Part shown: positions 50,286 to 63,618 of the stretch, in pieces
How positions within the stretch are numbered: position 1 is the first letter of the stretch
Layout of the letters: every line of letters begins with the position of its first letter
Source of the DNA: Selaginella moellendorffii
Lineage: Eukaryota > Plantae > Lycopodiophyta
DNA length: 64,000 nucleotides
Direction of reading: 5' to 3'
Assembly: GCF_000143415.4 (NCBI RefSeq)
Contig: NW_003314283.1
Span: 670,822-734,821 of the forward strand
Translations under genes and position numbers: made by a program
The notes under the pieces: generated by a model
What the model saw: only the letters and a program-made list of their open reading frames with translations
What the model was told of the DNA's origin: nothing
The model's database searches: none

Positions 50286-51100
50286 GAGCAAAGGGTTTAG
50301 GGTTCTTGGCGGCCATATATCACAAATAGAGAATATTCGCTTGCAGCTGTTGGGAATCTAAGGATAAGCACTCCAGCTAGTGGGGGAGATAGAATTCACA
50401 CGTTGTATCCATTGGCATATGCGAATGCTTCTTTAGTACACTACATCTTTTGTAAAGTCTTGCCAGTTCCCAAAGTTCTATCCACATCCACCAAATTTTA
50501 ATCGATGAACACTCTCTACATTGAAAATTTTTCATACCTTTCTGCGATTTCCTCGTGTTGCTGGAATGTTGCTATTTTTTCTTGCGCGTTTTGACCTTAC
50601 CACCCATTTTCACCTCCAAAACTTGGCAGCATCTCGCTGATGATTTAAAGATTATCAAAGTGAAGGTACTTGATAAGGAAGAATAAATCCAGCTAATCCA
50701 CAGCAAGATACCTTAGAGTCACCTGAGAAGAAATGTCAATCCATGTCCATGTCTATGTTGCTTAATATTCATTTCTTTTTGGCGTCGCAATACGCATTAC
50801 CCCACACAGTGATATTCAGCATCTGAAATTTAGGTATATAATTTGGGTATTTGACTGATATCTAAAAGCTCCAATTCAAACTGGTGGAGTCAGCTGAGTG
50901 GTTAATTTAGTCAAACAAGGCAGCAAAAATGATCAGGAAGATGAAGATCCATCCATGCAATTCAAAATTCTTCTACGTTGAACGATTCTAAGATATTCCA
51001 AATTCAAATTTTGCTTTCGTTTAGATGGTGTCCTAATCAGTCCTCAAGAATCAAATCATTCTTGAATATGACTTGTAACTGAATGCTTGGATGAGAACAA

Positions 51101-51484
51101 ATGAGGGATTCTAGAGCTAGAAGAACAAAAATTTCGTTCCCAAACTTGAGCAAGATGATTTGCATCTTTCTTGCAGGACTTCCAATGTCCCAGGAGATTG
51201 ACAGCGTCGAGCCCACGGTCCGGACGACATTCGAGCGATTTGGACCAATTCTAGATCTCCAGGTATACTCTTCTTCCTCCCATTTCAATGCTACATTCTC
51301 CATGTCCCAGATCCTCACCGGGCCTTCTGGGACTACTCTCGGTTTCGGATATATTATTTACAAGGACAATGAAGCAGCTCAAGCAGCGATCAACACAATG
51401 GATGAGCAGGTTTTGCTCGGTCACAAGATCATCGTAGATAGGACTGATCGTGGACACGGCAGAAGGTTTGCCCCAGCCTACTAG
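51101..51484 (+). CDS. Small single-RRM RNA-binding protein
   Basis: RNP2-like IFLAGLP, RNP1-like GFGYIIY, AQAAINTMDEQVLLGHKIIVD; in-frame 48-nt intron at ~51263-51310. Start uncertain. Confidence 0.7.
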   Translation: MRDSRARRTKISFPNLSKMICIFLAGLPMSQEIDSVEPTVRTTFERFGPILDLQVYSSSSHFNATFSMSQILTGPSGTTLGFGYIIYKDNEAAQAAINTMDEQVLLGHKIIVDRTDRGHGRRFAPAY

Positions 51485-51945
51485 AAAGGTAACTTCTAAA
51501 TCGAAGAAACCGCAGCACTCTTTGTGACATTGATCTTACACTCGTCCATGACAGCTGACACGGCTCTTCGAATAAATCGCAAGAACAAGCCTGCATTCCA
51601 CACTTTTTTACAGTGATCTCTCTTCATTGGCAGTGTTCAAGAGATTGATGACAGCCTTTCCTCCCCTGAAAGATCAATACAACTAACAAGAACAGAGACA
51701 AAAATTTACATATGTGATACGCTTGGGCAATCACTCAGAGAAGCCCTGTGCTGATTACATTAACTAGAAGCCGCTAACGAGAAAGAAAACGCTATCTTTG
51801 TCCTGTCCGCAATCTTGCAAGCTTGCCTTCCCAGTTCGAGAGGAGCAGAGGTCCAGAGACGCCAGCAAACACTCGCATTTCCTGCAGTGCTGCGGTAAAC
51901 GCCGGCATGGAGGACAGAACTTGTTTTCGGCTCCGGAGGTTGTTT

Positions 51946-52040
51946 TACAAGTCCATGACTTTGAAGAGGTGGAGCACCGTGTCTTGCTGCTCGAATCTAC
52001 ACAGGCTTGAGACGAGAGTGTTGCACGAGACCGTGTCCCC
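51946..52040 (-). pseudogene. Single PPR-like repeat remnant
   Basis: DTVSCNTLVSSLCRFEQQDTVLHLFKVMDL flanked by stops. Confidence 0.4.
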
Positions 52041-52902
52041 TCAAGCCGCCAAGAGTAGATTCTTTATGTGCTGAAACCTGTCCGAAAACAAGAAAGCGAA
52101 AAAGGTGGAGAAAGACTTACTGGGTAGGCGTTAACGTGTGTGGAGAGAGTTTCACTAGGATTTCCTGGAGCAAACCGAGAAGCTCAGCATGCGCAGTGCT
52201 GTTCGACTCTTGGATTATACATTGGTTGGTTCCAATGATTGGATTCCTAGATGAACACAGTTGAATGGCTTCTGTTAAACCGTGTTACACAAGAACTTCA
52301 AAGTGCTTACCAAAAAATTCCCGTGCTGCTCTTCATCTGAGGCCATTATAGCCAAAAGGTTGCAGACTTCACGAGTCAGCTCCCTTCACATATGCTCCAG
52401 TCTTGACAGCACCATCTGGTTTTCCCCAGGTGGCAAGGAACGGAAGATGGCGAAACACCATTTAAAAAAGACTCTCCATGAGCTCAGTTGTCAAGAGGCC
52501 CACTCAGTCATAGCTCAGTCATAACGTAGAACGTTGTCTCTGTACATCAAAAACTTAAGCACTGTCAATTGTATAGATTCAAGTACATTACCCACTGTCA
52601 CGAGCAGTCAGACTGTCTTCACTGTATATTTTCCAAGTAACGATGCTTGCTCACTAGCACTTAAACATATCGCTTGCCGTACAGACGGAGGGAACGTGCA
52701 TAGAAGTAATGGAATCCACAGCGAGTGCAAGCAGCGTAACAAATCCATTGTCAGCCTTCACTCTGAATGCGACACGAACAAAATACCTGTCTCAAAGGCG
52801 GCATGATTTGAACTTGCTGTGAAAAATAGAACATATGCCGTCAGTCTAAGGATATAGTTGCGCAAGACCAGCAGGATATCGGATCGACATCAAATAGTCT
52901 CT

Positions 52903-53941
52903 GTCCTCGAATTTTGAAGGATCTCCCGGATAGAATACCACGTTGCATTAGCTTGATAATGTGCGCGATCATCTTGTTATCACGCTCGATGTGGTGACCA
53001 TCGGAGTAAATGGTACCATCGGCATCAAAAGTTACCAATGCCAGTTTTTCAGCAATGGCATGAACCTGTGGAAACGAAAGTTTTCTTGTTAGCAACGCAG
53101 GGAAGAAAGAAGAAAGAGTTTCTTTGCCGACCTGTGCGCTGTTTATGACATGACGAATCTCTGCAAAATTTGGAGGCACGTATCTTCTCCTCGAGAGAGA
53201 CGCAAATTCATCGTACTCATGGAATGCTCGGACGAGAGGCAAAGGTGTGTAGAACCTCCCGACGGAAGAAATCAATCTGCTCAGCGTGCTACGCATGGGA
53301 TCTTCGCTGTGTTCTTTGATCCATCTCTCCATTTTCTCCATCACCTACACCACGCAAAGAAAAAAAAAAAAAACAATCGAAAGAGAAAAAATCAATAGTG
53401 TGGTCCATCGAAAGAAATATCTTCTCTTCTCTCTTCTATGTTCTTGCTCGCCAGAGTACCTGGATGGGAGAATGCGTGGAATGGAGCGAGATGATAAACT
53501 CGATGAGCCCATCTTGCTCCTTCAATCGACCTTTGCGCCGCAAGACGTGAGCATCGGTGACGCCGCTAGCTCGCGAGATGTGAGCGTCCTCCAGCGCCTC
53601 CCTATTGAGCAGCATGCTCCATCGCATCTTGTGCTCGGACGATCTACCTCTGGATCCCCGCCCTCGCCTTGTTCTTGCGATATTTCGACCCCATTCCCTG
53701 CTGGCGCCGGCTCCTCCGCCCGGATTTTCTCCAGCCGCTGCTTCAGATCCACGCCGCCGGAGCTCTCCACGCCCACGGCATTTGAGATCGAGCGCTGCCG
53801 CCGCACCTTCCTCGCCAAGAAGATCTGGAAACACTGCGACTTGAGGCCGATTTGGGGGATACATTTGCCGGTGAATGCTGTGTGGAGTGTATCGACGCCA
53901 CGCCCGCCGCCAGGAGAGGCCTGGATCACAGCGAGCGGCAT
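52903..53941 (-). pseudogene. ISN1: 3'-truncated ISN1 duplicate
   Basis: Copy of exons 1-3 with a 1-bp deletion at ~53646, an internal deletion at ~52933 and loss of similarity below ~52903. Confidence 0.85.
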
Positions 53942-54567
53942 GACCAGCTGAAGCAAAGGGTTTAGTGTTCTTGGCGGCCATATATCACAAAATAGAGGAT
54001 ATTCGCTTGCAGCTGTTGGGAATCTAAGGATAAGCACTCCAGCTAGTTAGAATTCACACGTTGTATCCATTGGCATATGCGAATGCTTCTTTAGTACACT
54101 ACATCTTCTGTAAAGTCTTGCCAGTTCCCAAAGTTCTATCCACATCCACCAAATTTTAATCGATGTTCCTCGTGTTGCTGGAATGTGGCTATTTTTTCTT
54201 GCGCGTTTTGACCTTACCACCCATTTTCACCTCCAGCATCTCGCTGATGATTTAAAGATTACCAAAGTGAAGGTACTTGATAAGGAAGAATAAATCCAGC
54301 TAATCCACAGCAAGATACCTTAGAGTCACCTGAGAAGAAATGTCAATCCATGTCCATGTCTATGTTGCTTAATATTCATCTCTTTTTGGCGTCGCAATAT
54401 GATAATCAGCATCTGAAATTCGATGCCAAGTAAAAACTACGGATTTTGCGATAAAACACGATATTGGATATATCAAACGCGATGTTAGATACATTATAGG
54501 ATTCTGGTTCCTTGTTCATCTCTAACAAGGTGCCACTTTATAGAGCGCGAGAAGCCACAGGCACTGA

Positions 54568-55635
54568 TCAGTGGTATTTTCTGACGATCCCCCTCAGGTA
54601 CTCCCAGCCTCCACTCTGATACGCGAAGTCCTGCAGCGATTCATCGAGGCATTCTTCCTCGAGTTGAGAGCAACTCTGGCTTGTTATGTGCCACACCCTG
54701 AAAGGAACGTCACGGGTTCTGTCCACTGCCCGGCGCTCCACAAACAGCTGCTGTAGACCAGCGTGGTCTTTCCTGAGCAGCTCAACAAACTTGGTGTTGC
54801 CACACACGAAAACAATCCTGAAGCAGCTAGCGTCTACGTCGAAGTCAGTGGCTGCTTCTGCAAACAGCTGAGCCGACTCCACACATTCCGCATCATCCTG
54901 CTGGCCATGGAGCTTGAGCCATTCCGGAATAACCTGCGAGGACAAAGAAGAAGAATCAATACTATCGATCAAGTAGAAACCTTCTTCATTGAAAATCACC
55001 TTCTTGCCTCGGGTTGGCAGCATCGCCTTGAGTCGCCCAAACAATGTAATCACCCTCCAGCCCGGTACCTGGTCGTAGTTGTGGTGCACGAACAAGGCAC
55101 CGAGGCGGAGACGCTTGGCCACCCAGGCGCCCAGCTCCGTTCCTCGGAGGTGAGCATCGTTGAGCATCTGGTAGGCAGCCTTGTCGCACACGAAGATGTC
55201 GCTCGTCTTCCCATCCTCGTCCAGAGGAGGGGCCCTGTTACGAACTGGAAAGAAGCCATACTTCATAGCCTCCACCTCGTCAAGTCCGCTGGGGTGGAGC
55301 TTGCCTGGAATGGGAACCCAGCCAGTGGCCTCCTCCTTCTCCTCCGTGCATGGACGCCTTGGGGAGGCGTCGCCCCTGCTGCTGCGCCTGCGCTTGGGGC
55401 TCCTGGAACGCGGCATCTCGCCCGAGCGTGGCCTGCGGGAGCTAGAGGCATCCATTCTATCGCCGTGCCTGCGCTTTCCCGAGCGTCGCCTGCGCAAGCT
55501 AGAGTCATCCATTCCATGGTCGTCCCTGCTGCTAAGCCAGCGCTTTGGAAGCCCAGGTGGCCTGCGATCCCGAGGCCCGCGCTCTGGCCTGGCACTTGCG
55601 TGAACGTTGCCTTCGCGCCTCGTCGTCCGACCCAT
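54568..55635 (-). CDS. Unknown protein with Arg/Ser-rich N-terminus, copy A (probable intron 54934-54999)
   Basis: 355-codon GC-rich ORF conserved with copy B; the AT-rich GT...CAG segment is an in-frame intron candidate. Confidence 0.7.
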   Translation of the reverse strand: MGRTTRREGNVHASARPERGPRDRRPPGLPKRWLSSRDDHGMDDSSLRRRRSGKRRHGDRMDASSSRRPRSGEMPRSRSPKRRRSSRGDASPRRPCTEEKEEATGWVPIPGKLHPSGLDEVEAMKYGFFPVRNRAPPLDEDGKTSDIFVCDKAAYQMLNDAHLRGTELGAWVAKRLRLGALFVHHNYDQVPGWRVITLFGRLKAMLPTRGKKVIFNEEGFYLIDSIDSSSLSSQVIPEWLKLHGQQDDAECVESAQLFAEAATDFDVDASCFRIVFVCGNTKFVELLRKDHAGLQQLFVERRAVDRTRDVPFRVWHITSQSCSQLEEECLDESLQDFAYQSGGWEYLRGIVRKYH

Positions 55636-56785
55636 GCCCTAATCTCCGAGGTTAGGGCTGTTTGATGATTAGGAGTTAGAACTTGACGGTGATTCTGATG
55701 CCTTAATTTCTACATCGTTTGGCAGCGAGTGCATTCTTGGATTCGGTGTGTTGCTACTGCACTTTGTTTGAATTTCACAGCAGCGTTTTCCTTGGAACAA
55801 ATGAAATCAAAGGTTATCTAGCAGCCTTTTGGATTGAAGCCTTGTGGATGCACAATCCACAACGCAGTTTCAAGTGGCAACAAACAGCATCTAAGAACTC
55901 GAGAGTTGCGCATGAGAGTTGTGCAATCAAGGTGAAGATTGCCATCCAAAGAACCCTAAACAGCAGCAAAGTCCCAGTAATCTTGCAGAATACCTAGTAT
56001 GTCTCCATAGAAGAAAGGATATTGACTGGTAGCTGCTGGACTAGCAAACAATTTTCAACTTCTCCATTGGCAGAGGTTTGTTGCTGGACTAGCAAACAAT
56101 TTTCAACTTCTCCATTGGCAGAGGTTTGTTGCATTAATATTTTCTATCTAGAGACATCACTGTTTTTGGTTTTGGATGGTGAAGGTTACGACAAGGGAAG
56201 AATTAGACATCTGGAAAAATACTCCCTAAGTTTCTTGTAAGAGAACTCTACTTCTCTTTTGTTCTACTTCCTGTCTATATTCTGAAATGGTTTGACAGGC
56301 ACAAAATGGTTGCTTGTGGCTGTTCACAATGAAAATATGGAAAGTATGAGTGTATTTTCTCACATCAGCAGCCACACATACGAGGCAATTGCTAATAAAG
56401 CTCTTTCCATTCTTCTATAAGCGTTTTGTGTTTAGTTTTTGATTGAAATAGTGAAGCTATGAATTTGAAACAAATTAGCAAAGCAGGCTAACATGCTCTC
56501 CTTGTGTATGCTTCTCTAGGTATGGTCTAGTAGAAGCGTAAGCATATTGACACTTATTTCGTTTTAGTTGATAAATTCATCACAATTTTGGTAGCCACTT
56601 GTGAGATTTCAAAGTAGCTGCTATCTACAGGTGAGACATAGTGGCTTTTCTCACTAATACTGGTTTGAGTGGTCTATACTACACTAATATGATAATTTGA
56701 TTATTTTATACTTTTGATGTCCACAAATAAAACCTTAACTTAAGGTGTAAATAATTTTTTAACAAACTAAAAATAACTTTCTATT

Positions 56786-58380
56786 AACTCTCTTTTATTA
56801 TTTTACTTCTTATCTATATTCGGAAATGGTTTGATAAGTAAAAAATGGTTATTATGAATGGTTCCTTTGTTTATATTTTTTTCTTGCAAATTTAGCTTTA
56901 GACCTCCCCTAATATCGAAGATTAAAGCATTAGCAGAATGGACAGGTGGCCTATCAACCAAAACGACCATGGAATGGATCGCAGGCCAGAGCTTATTCTG
57001 AATGAGTATATTTAATAAAAAATTTATTTCTAAAATAAAACACTTAATTAATTTTTTTAAGTATACAATTTTGAAAAACCTTGTTTAATAAGTTTTTTTA
57101 TAAGTGATTTTATTGATAGCAAATTCTTTAATATTTTACTACTAAGTAATATATTTTATGAAAACATTTAAATTTCCATCAAAGAATGTTATGAGAATGA
57201 TCTTAGAATGTTATGAGAATGATCCCAGAAATTATCACCGTGTACGATTTATAATAAAATGATTTTATGAACACAAACGAAGAATTTTATAACAAAATTA
57301 AAAAAACAAAAACTTAACTGCCAAGCTTGAGCAAAATTATTTCTCAATTATACTGAATATCTCCTTTAAATACTGAGTTATACCATTTATGTATTATTCT
57401 CCTTCACAAAAATTCATTCAACAATATTAAATATATTTAATATATGATATAATTTATTAAAACTTTCATTAAACTTTAATTACAATAGGCTTTTTATTAT
57501 TATTTGCAAGAAGCATGCAATTTCCAAATGCCTACATAATTTTTACTTTAATATATATTAATTTTTATAATCTACAACACCCACTATATCTTTGGGATGT
57601 TTTGAAAAATCAAATTTTTTGTTAAAATAAACATTATATAAATACCACTATATCTTTGGGATGTTTTGAAAGATCAAAACACATGGTGTGTTAATAATAA
57701 TAAATTTTAAATTTCAAAGATACTAAAAGCTATGAAGATTCTTTCCTTCTTAGAATGGAAAATCAACACTAGAATTAATATATACTAAATGGGAATAAGA
57801 AACAAAAATAATTTTCTTATGTTAGTATTGGGATTGCAAGCACTTCCCAGATCATATTACTTTGAGCTTCCATACAAAAACTTTCTAGGAATCATGACCA
57901 AGGTGAAAGCTCCGAAATTGTGACGAATTTATCAACTAAAACGAATATAACATCCTGGGATCATTCTCATAATATTCTTTGATGGAAATTTAAATGTCTT
58001 CATAAAATATATCACTTAGTACTAAAATATTAAAGAATTTGCTGTCACTATTATCACTTATAAAAAACTTATTAAACAAGGTTTTTCAAAATTCTATACA
58101 TAAAAAAAATTAATTAAGGTTTTTATTTTAGAAATAAAATTTTTATTAAGTATACTCATTCAGAATAAGCTCTGGCCTACGATGCATTCCATAGTTATCT
58201 CGGCTGATAAGCTGCCTGTCCATTCTGCTAATGCCTTAATCTTCAATATTAGGGGAGGTTTGAAGCTAAATTTACAAGAAAAAAATATAAACAAAAGAAC
58301 CATTCATAGCAACTATTTTGTGCTTATCAAACCATTTCCGAATATAGATAAAAAGTGAAATAAAAGAGAAGTAGAGTTCT
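56786..58380. repeat. Long imperfect inverted repeat (arms ~56786-57228 and ~57955-58380)
   Basis: For example aggccagagcttattctgaatgagtata versus tatactcattcagaataagctctggcct. A direct repeat 56305-56670 ~ 58405-58780 flanks it. Confidence 0.88.
57330..57680 (+). mobile_element. Helitron RepHel remnant in the inverted-repeat spacer
   Basis: Reverse-complement similarity to 10860-11200. Confidence 0.7.
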
Positions 58381-59459
58381 TTTACAAAAATGCCACTTAG
58401 GGAAAATGGTTGCTTATGGTTGTTCACAACGAAAATATAAAAAGTATGAGTGTATTTTCTCACATCAGCAGCCACACACACGAGGCAATTGTTAGTAAAG
58501 CTCTTTTCATTCTTCTACAAAGTAAGTGTTCTGTGTTTAGTTTTTGATATGCTTTGAAACAGCTTCATTTGAAACAAATTAGCAAAGCTGGCTTACATGC
58601 TCTCCTTGTGTATGCTTCTAGGAGGCCTCTAGGTATGGCCTTATAGAAGCGTAAGCATCCATTAGTCCTTATGTAAATTTCATATTGACACTTCTTTTGT
58701 TTCAATTGATAAATTCGTCAGCCATTTGTTAGATTTCAAACTACATGTGAGATATGGTAGCTTTTCTCACTAATACTTTGAGTATAACAGTTCCATTCAA
58801 TGAAGATGTCCAGCTCTTCAATTTTGTGTGTTTGTGATGCATATTTTGTTCTCTATGATGGGGGTGGCAGTGTCTTTTCTCTTGTGATACAAAAATTGTT
58901 TCAACTTTGTAGAAGTTGAGACAACTATAGGTACCTCTAATGTGTTATTTTGTCTAGAAACGCAAGCTCTACCAATTAGGTATTTATTTTCCTAGTAATA
59001 AGGAGATTGCTGCTGATTTAATGTTGAAATGGGAAGAAAAAGAACATACTTTGAACCCAAGAATAGATTAAAATGCCATGTAGACCATCTTGTACCCACA
59101 AAAAAAATGCAAGTCATCTTGCTCAAGCTTGGCAAGCAAGTTCCTAGTGTGTTCACCCAGTTATAATAAGTCACACTCCATCAAGCTCGGCAGAACACGT
59201 CACGTCTTTATACCTGTCACGTCTTTATACCTGAGACACTAGAGGTATATCCTTTGTACATGCTCTTTTTTCGAGGGACGTTTGGATGAAGAAAGGCCTA
59301 ACCCTAATCTGCAATCCGGGAATGCATCGGGGAGAGAGAGAGGAAAATTGAGTCAAATATCAACCAATATAAATCCTAAAAAAGAAGAAGTATATAAAGT
59401 CTAATGGTGTGCTTATTTAATTGTTACTATTTGGGTATGGAATTCAAAGTACATTATCA

Positions 59460-61560
59460 TTATGTTTTGCCACTGTCATTAGGGCCATCAATAAAATAAA
59501 GTGGGTTGGACACTTATAGCATTAACAAATTCATTGAATATAGTTAATTATTTGATATTTCAATTATAAAATCATGGTAAATTTTTATATATGAAAATTG
59601 TATTGAAAATATAATATAAAGGTATTTCAATATATGTATGCTGTCTCACATTTGGATCATAAATACTGAGCTTAAAATATATTGTTAACATTGTTTTATT
59701 CTTTATAAAGCATTGTGATCAATCTATAAGTAAATGTATTATAAAGTATGAGCCTCCATGCGTTTCGAATTTGAATATCCTTGAAATATATTAAGTATTT
59801 ATAAAAGTTGGGAGCTTGATATTCCATGTGCAATCAAGCTATTGGAAAATGTCAAAGCACAAGTTTCTCACTTCTAAAATTAGGTAACCTCATGTTCCGA
59901 AAGACCTAGTTATAGAGAAATTGAAAAAAAAAGCAATAGAGAGCTTTATCTAGAGATGAGAAACTCCAAGTGAATATGTGAACATATATTTCTTTTGTAT
60001 ATTTTAATGTATGCAGTAGGGGGGGGGGGAACTAGTTAATATAAAGCTTCTTTATATACAATATTGATGGATTGATTAAAATTAAGCGGCCTTGTGTATG
60101 AGTTGTGTCAAGTTGATCATTAGTTGTTGTGGTGATGTGCATTTTGAAAATGCAATATAAATTTGGCTATGAGTAAACATTGGCTAAGGTAAGTAGATGG
60201 CTACACAATCAAATTTTTGACCTTGGTAGTTTAAAATTGTCACCAAGACAAAGGGGAAATTATTTTCTAGACATGTGAAATAAAACATCAAATTCAAAGA
60301 GTATTAAGCTAATGTATGGGATAAAATTTTTAGTACATTTAAATTCACCTATAATCTAAAACTTTATATGAAGGTTTTTGATCACTAGTCAAATTGATAA
60401 TTATTTGAGAAACTTGAAACAAAATAATTCTCCATTCAATGGCATTACAAGTGGTGACTTCTATCAAACATTATCAATTATCCTACATGGTCACCAAGCA
60501 CAATTTATTTTTACATCCATAGCATATAAAATGTTTTTTAAAAAAATTTAATTGCAAATAAACAAACTTAACCCTAAATTCCAGAATGGTTGTTTGATGG
60601 AAATAATTATACACTAAACTCTATTTTTCCATTTGATTCTATCTTTCTTCCTTCAAACTAATTTGAACTACTTTTAATATTGATTTTGTATTCCCATGCA
60701 TCAAAGGCATTTCAAATGTTCAAATTGCAACAAACAGAGCCATTTTAACACCATTTAATGATGATACATTTTTAATTAAAAATAATATCATCTCTCAATT
60801 ACTAAGTCCACTTTAAATTTACACTAATATTGACTTTATTAATGTTTAAGCATTTTGAAAATTTCCCGATTAAATGTTTTAACTCTATTACTCCATTTAG
60901 ACTACCATTGCACAAATTGATATTAAAAGAAGATTGTATCATTATTCTTATAAGAAACATGTCTCCAACAATTGGATTATATAATAGTACTTGATCAATA
61001 AATAAAGCCAACTTTTTTTTATGGAACTCAAAATACTTTATCATTCATGCAGTATTTATTCTAACAAAAAATATGACCCTTTAAAAATATCCCAAAGATA
61101 TAGTGGGTCTTGTAAACTGTAAAAAATATATATTAAAGTGAAATCTGTGTAAGCATTTAAAAATTGCATGCTTCTTGCAAATAACAGCAAAAAGCCTCTT
61201 GTAACAATAGTTTACTGAAAGTTTTAGTAAATTACATCATTACCTATTTTAATATTGTCAAATGATATAACACCTATTTTAATACATAAGTTGTATAACT
61301 TGGTATTTAAAAGAAATGGTTGAGGAATAATCCTTTGCTTTTGCCAACATTGCCATATGTAAACATATTACAATATATGTATGTTGTCTTGCATTTGGAT
61401 CATTACTATTGAGCTTAACCTATTTTGTTAAGATTGTTTTATTACATGCTACTTTTTGTAAGGCATTGTGATATGGGCCTTCTGTAAAATACATATTTTG
61501 GAAGTCCGGAAGATAAATGCATTTTAAAATTTGAATATCCTTGAAATATATCAAGTATTT
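59460..61560 (-). mobile_element. Internally deleted Helitron remnants of the same family as 9349-15430
   Basis: 60034 agttaatataaagcttctttatatacaatattgatgg is identical to ~9571; collinear matches to 9720-9980, 10900-11200 and 11300-11510. Confidence 0.8.
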
Positions 61561-61872
61561 ATAAAAGTTAGGAAGTTGATATTCCAAAAGCTATTAGAAC
61601 ATGTCACATGATGAGTTTCTCACTTCAAAAACTAGGCAAGTACAAATCATTAACTTTGGATTATCAACCTTCTCCTCTTCTCTTGTGAGAATTGCAGAAT
61701 GGGAGATTGGGCAGTGTTACTAGTGTTCTAGAGAAAAAGAACCTTTTTCATTATTAATATATCTTGGGAATAGGAAACAACAGCAGTTTCCTTCCTTAAG
61801 CACACAGGTCTGTGTTGCTATAAGCTTCCATTCATGGAACCACGACGAAGGTGAGAGCTCTTCAAGTAGAGC

Positions 61873-62988
61873 TCAAACTCTTTCACCTCGTCGCAGGCAG
61901 TTTCCTGACGCTGGCCTCGGGATTCCACTCTCCCTCAGGTACGCCCAGCCTCCCCTCTGATACGAGAAGTCCTGCTCCGACTCATTGAGGCATTCTTCCT
62001 CGAGTTGAGAGCAACTCTGGCTTGTTACGTGCCACACCCTGAAAGGAACGTCACGAGGCTTGTCCACTGCCCGGCGCTCCAGAAACAGCTGCTGTAAACC
62101 CGCGAAGTCTTCCCTGAGCAGCTCTGCAAACTTGGTGTTGCCACACACGAAAACAGTCCTCCAGGAGCCAGCGCCTCCGTCGATACCAGTGGCTGCATCG
62201 GCAAACAGATTAGCCGACTCCACATATTCAGCATCATCCTGCTGGCCATGGAGCTTAAGCCATTGCAGAATGACCTGCCAGGAAAAGAAGAATCAGTACC
62301 GATCGATCAAGTAGAAAACTTCTTCATTGAAAGTCACCGTCTTGCTTCGGGTTGGCAGCATTGCCTTGGGTCGCCCAAACAATGTGATCACCCTCCAGCC
62401 CGGTACCTGGTCGTAGTTGTGGTGTGCGAACAAGGCACCGAAACGGAGACGCTTGGTCACCCAGGCGCCCAGCTCCGTTCCTCGGAGATGAGCATCATTG
62501 AACACCTGGTAGGCAGCCTTGTCGCACAAGAAGATGTCGCTCTTCTTCCCATCCTCGTCCCGAGGAGTGTCCCTGTTACGAACTGGAAAGAAGCCATACT
62601 TCATAGCCACCACCTCATCCAGTCCGGTGGGGTGGAGCTTGCCTGGAATGGGGACCCAACCAGTGGCCTCCTCCTCCTCCTCCTCTGCCTCCTCCGTGCA
62701 TGGACGCCTCGGGGAGGCGTCGCCCCTCCTGCTACGCCTGCGCTTGGGGCTCCTGGAGCGCGGCCTGTCGCCCGAGCATGGCCTGCGGGAGCTAGAGGCA
62801 TCCATTCCATCGTCGTGCCTGCGCTTGCCCGAGCGTCGCCTGTGCAAGCTAGAGTGCCTGCGATGCATTCCATCGTCGTCCCTGCTGCTAGGCCAGCGCC
62901 CAGGCGGCCTGCGATCGTCGTCCCGAGGCCCGCGCTCTGGCCTGGCACTTGCGTGAGCGTCGCCTTCGCGCAGGCAAGTCGTCCTCAT
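61873..62988 (-). CDS. Unknown protein with Arg/Ser-rich N-terminus, copy B (intron 62275-62337)
   Basis: Paralog of 54568-55635. Removing the 63-nt GT-AG segment, which contains the stop, joins the two track ORFs in frame. Duplicated block 54590-56180 ~ 61930-63550. Confidence 0.7.
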
Positions 62989-63618
62989 GCCCTAATCTCG
63001 ATTAGGTTGCAAGAATGCGTAAAATATAAACAAGGGATGATGGTGATCCTGCTTTGATTGGGCAGCTTACAAAGATTGTTTGGCAGCGTTGGATTGTGTT
63101 GTTACTGCACTTTGGTTGAATCTGTTTCTACCACACTTTGGTTGAATTTCACAGCAGCATTTTCCTTGGAACAAATGAAATTAAAGGTTATCTGGCAGCC
63201 TTGTGCCTTTACATGTAAGGAATTCTGTGGATGCACAATCCACCAACACCGTTTCAACTAAACCATGGTGGCAACACACAGAATCTAAGAAAGCAGTTGC
63301 TGAGTCGATCTAGGTGAAGATTGCCATCCAGAGAACTTTAAACAGTTCACTTCTCTATATTTTACTTCAAAAATACCAAGTAAGTTGCTCTTCCCCATAG
63401 TACCATCTGGCCCCAATGGGCTCAATCACTAAGAAGAAAGGAAATTGACTGGTAGCTACTGGACTAGCAAACAATTTTCAACTTCTCCATTGCCGGCTGC
63501 TTTGACATTTTCTATCTAGAGATATCAATGTTTTTGGTCTTGGATGGTCGTGCGTGAAAGATAGATAACTGCTATAGATGTAGAATTTACACGTATGAAG
63601 GTTAGTCTTTTCCAGACA

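Larger units (their letters stand above)
49270..54420. repeat. Direct segmental duplication: 49270-50830 ~ 52935-54420
   Basis: Near-identical ISN1 5' exons, introns and ~500 bp of upstream DNA. Confidence 0.92.

Noticed and set aside
54763-55665. 300-aa antisense ORF, with a counterpart at 62248-63057
   Set aside because: Typical shadow frame of a GC3-rich coding strand; the splice signals support the minus strand.
56032-56132. 48-bp tandem duplication
   Set aside because: Simple local slippage; single copy in the paralogous block and no evident function.
62223-62337. Apparent premature stop making copy B a pseudogene
   Set aside because: The stop lies within a 63-nt GT-AG intron at the same position as in copy A.
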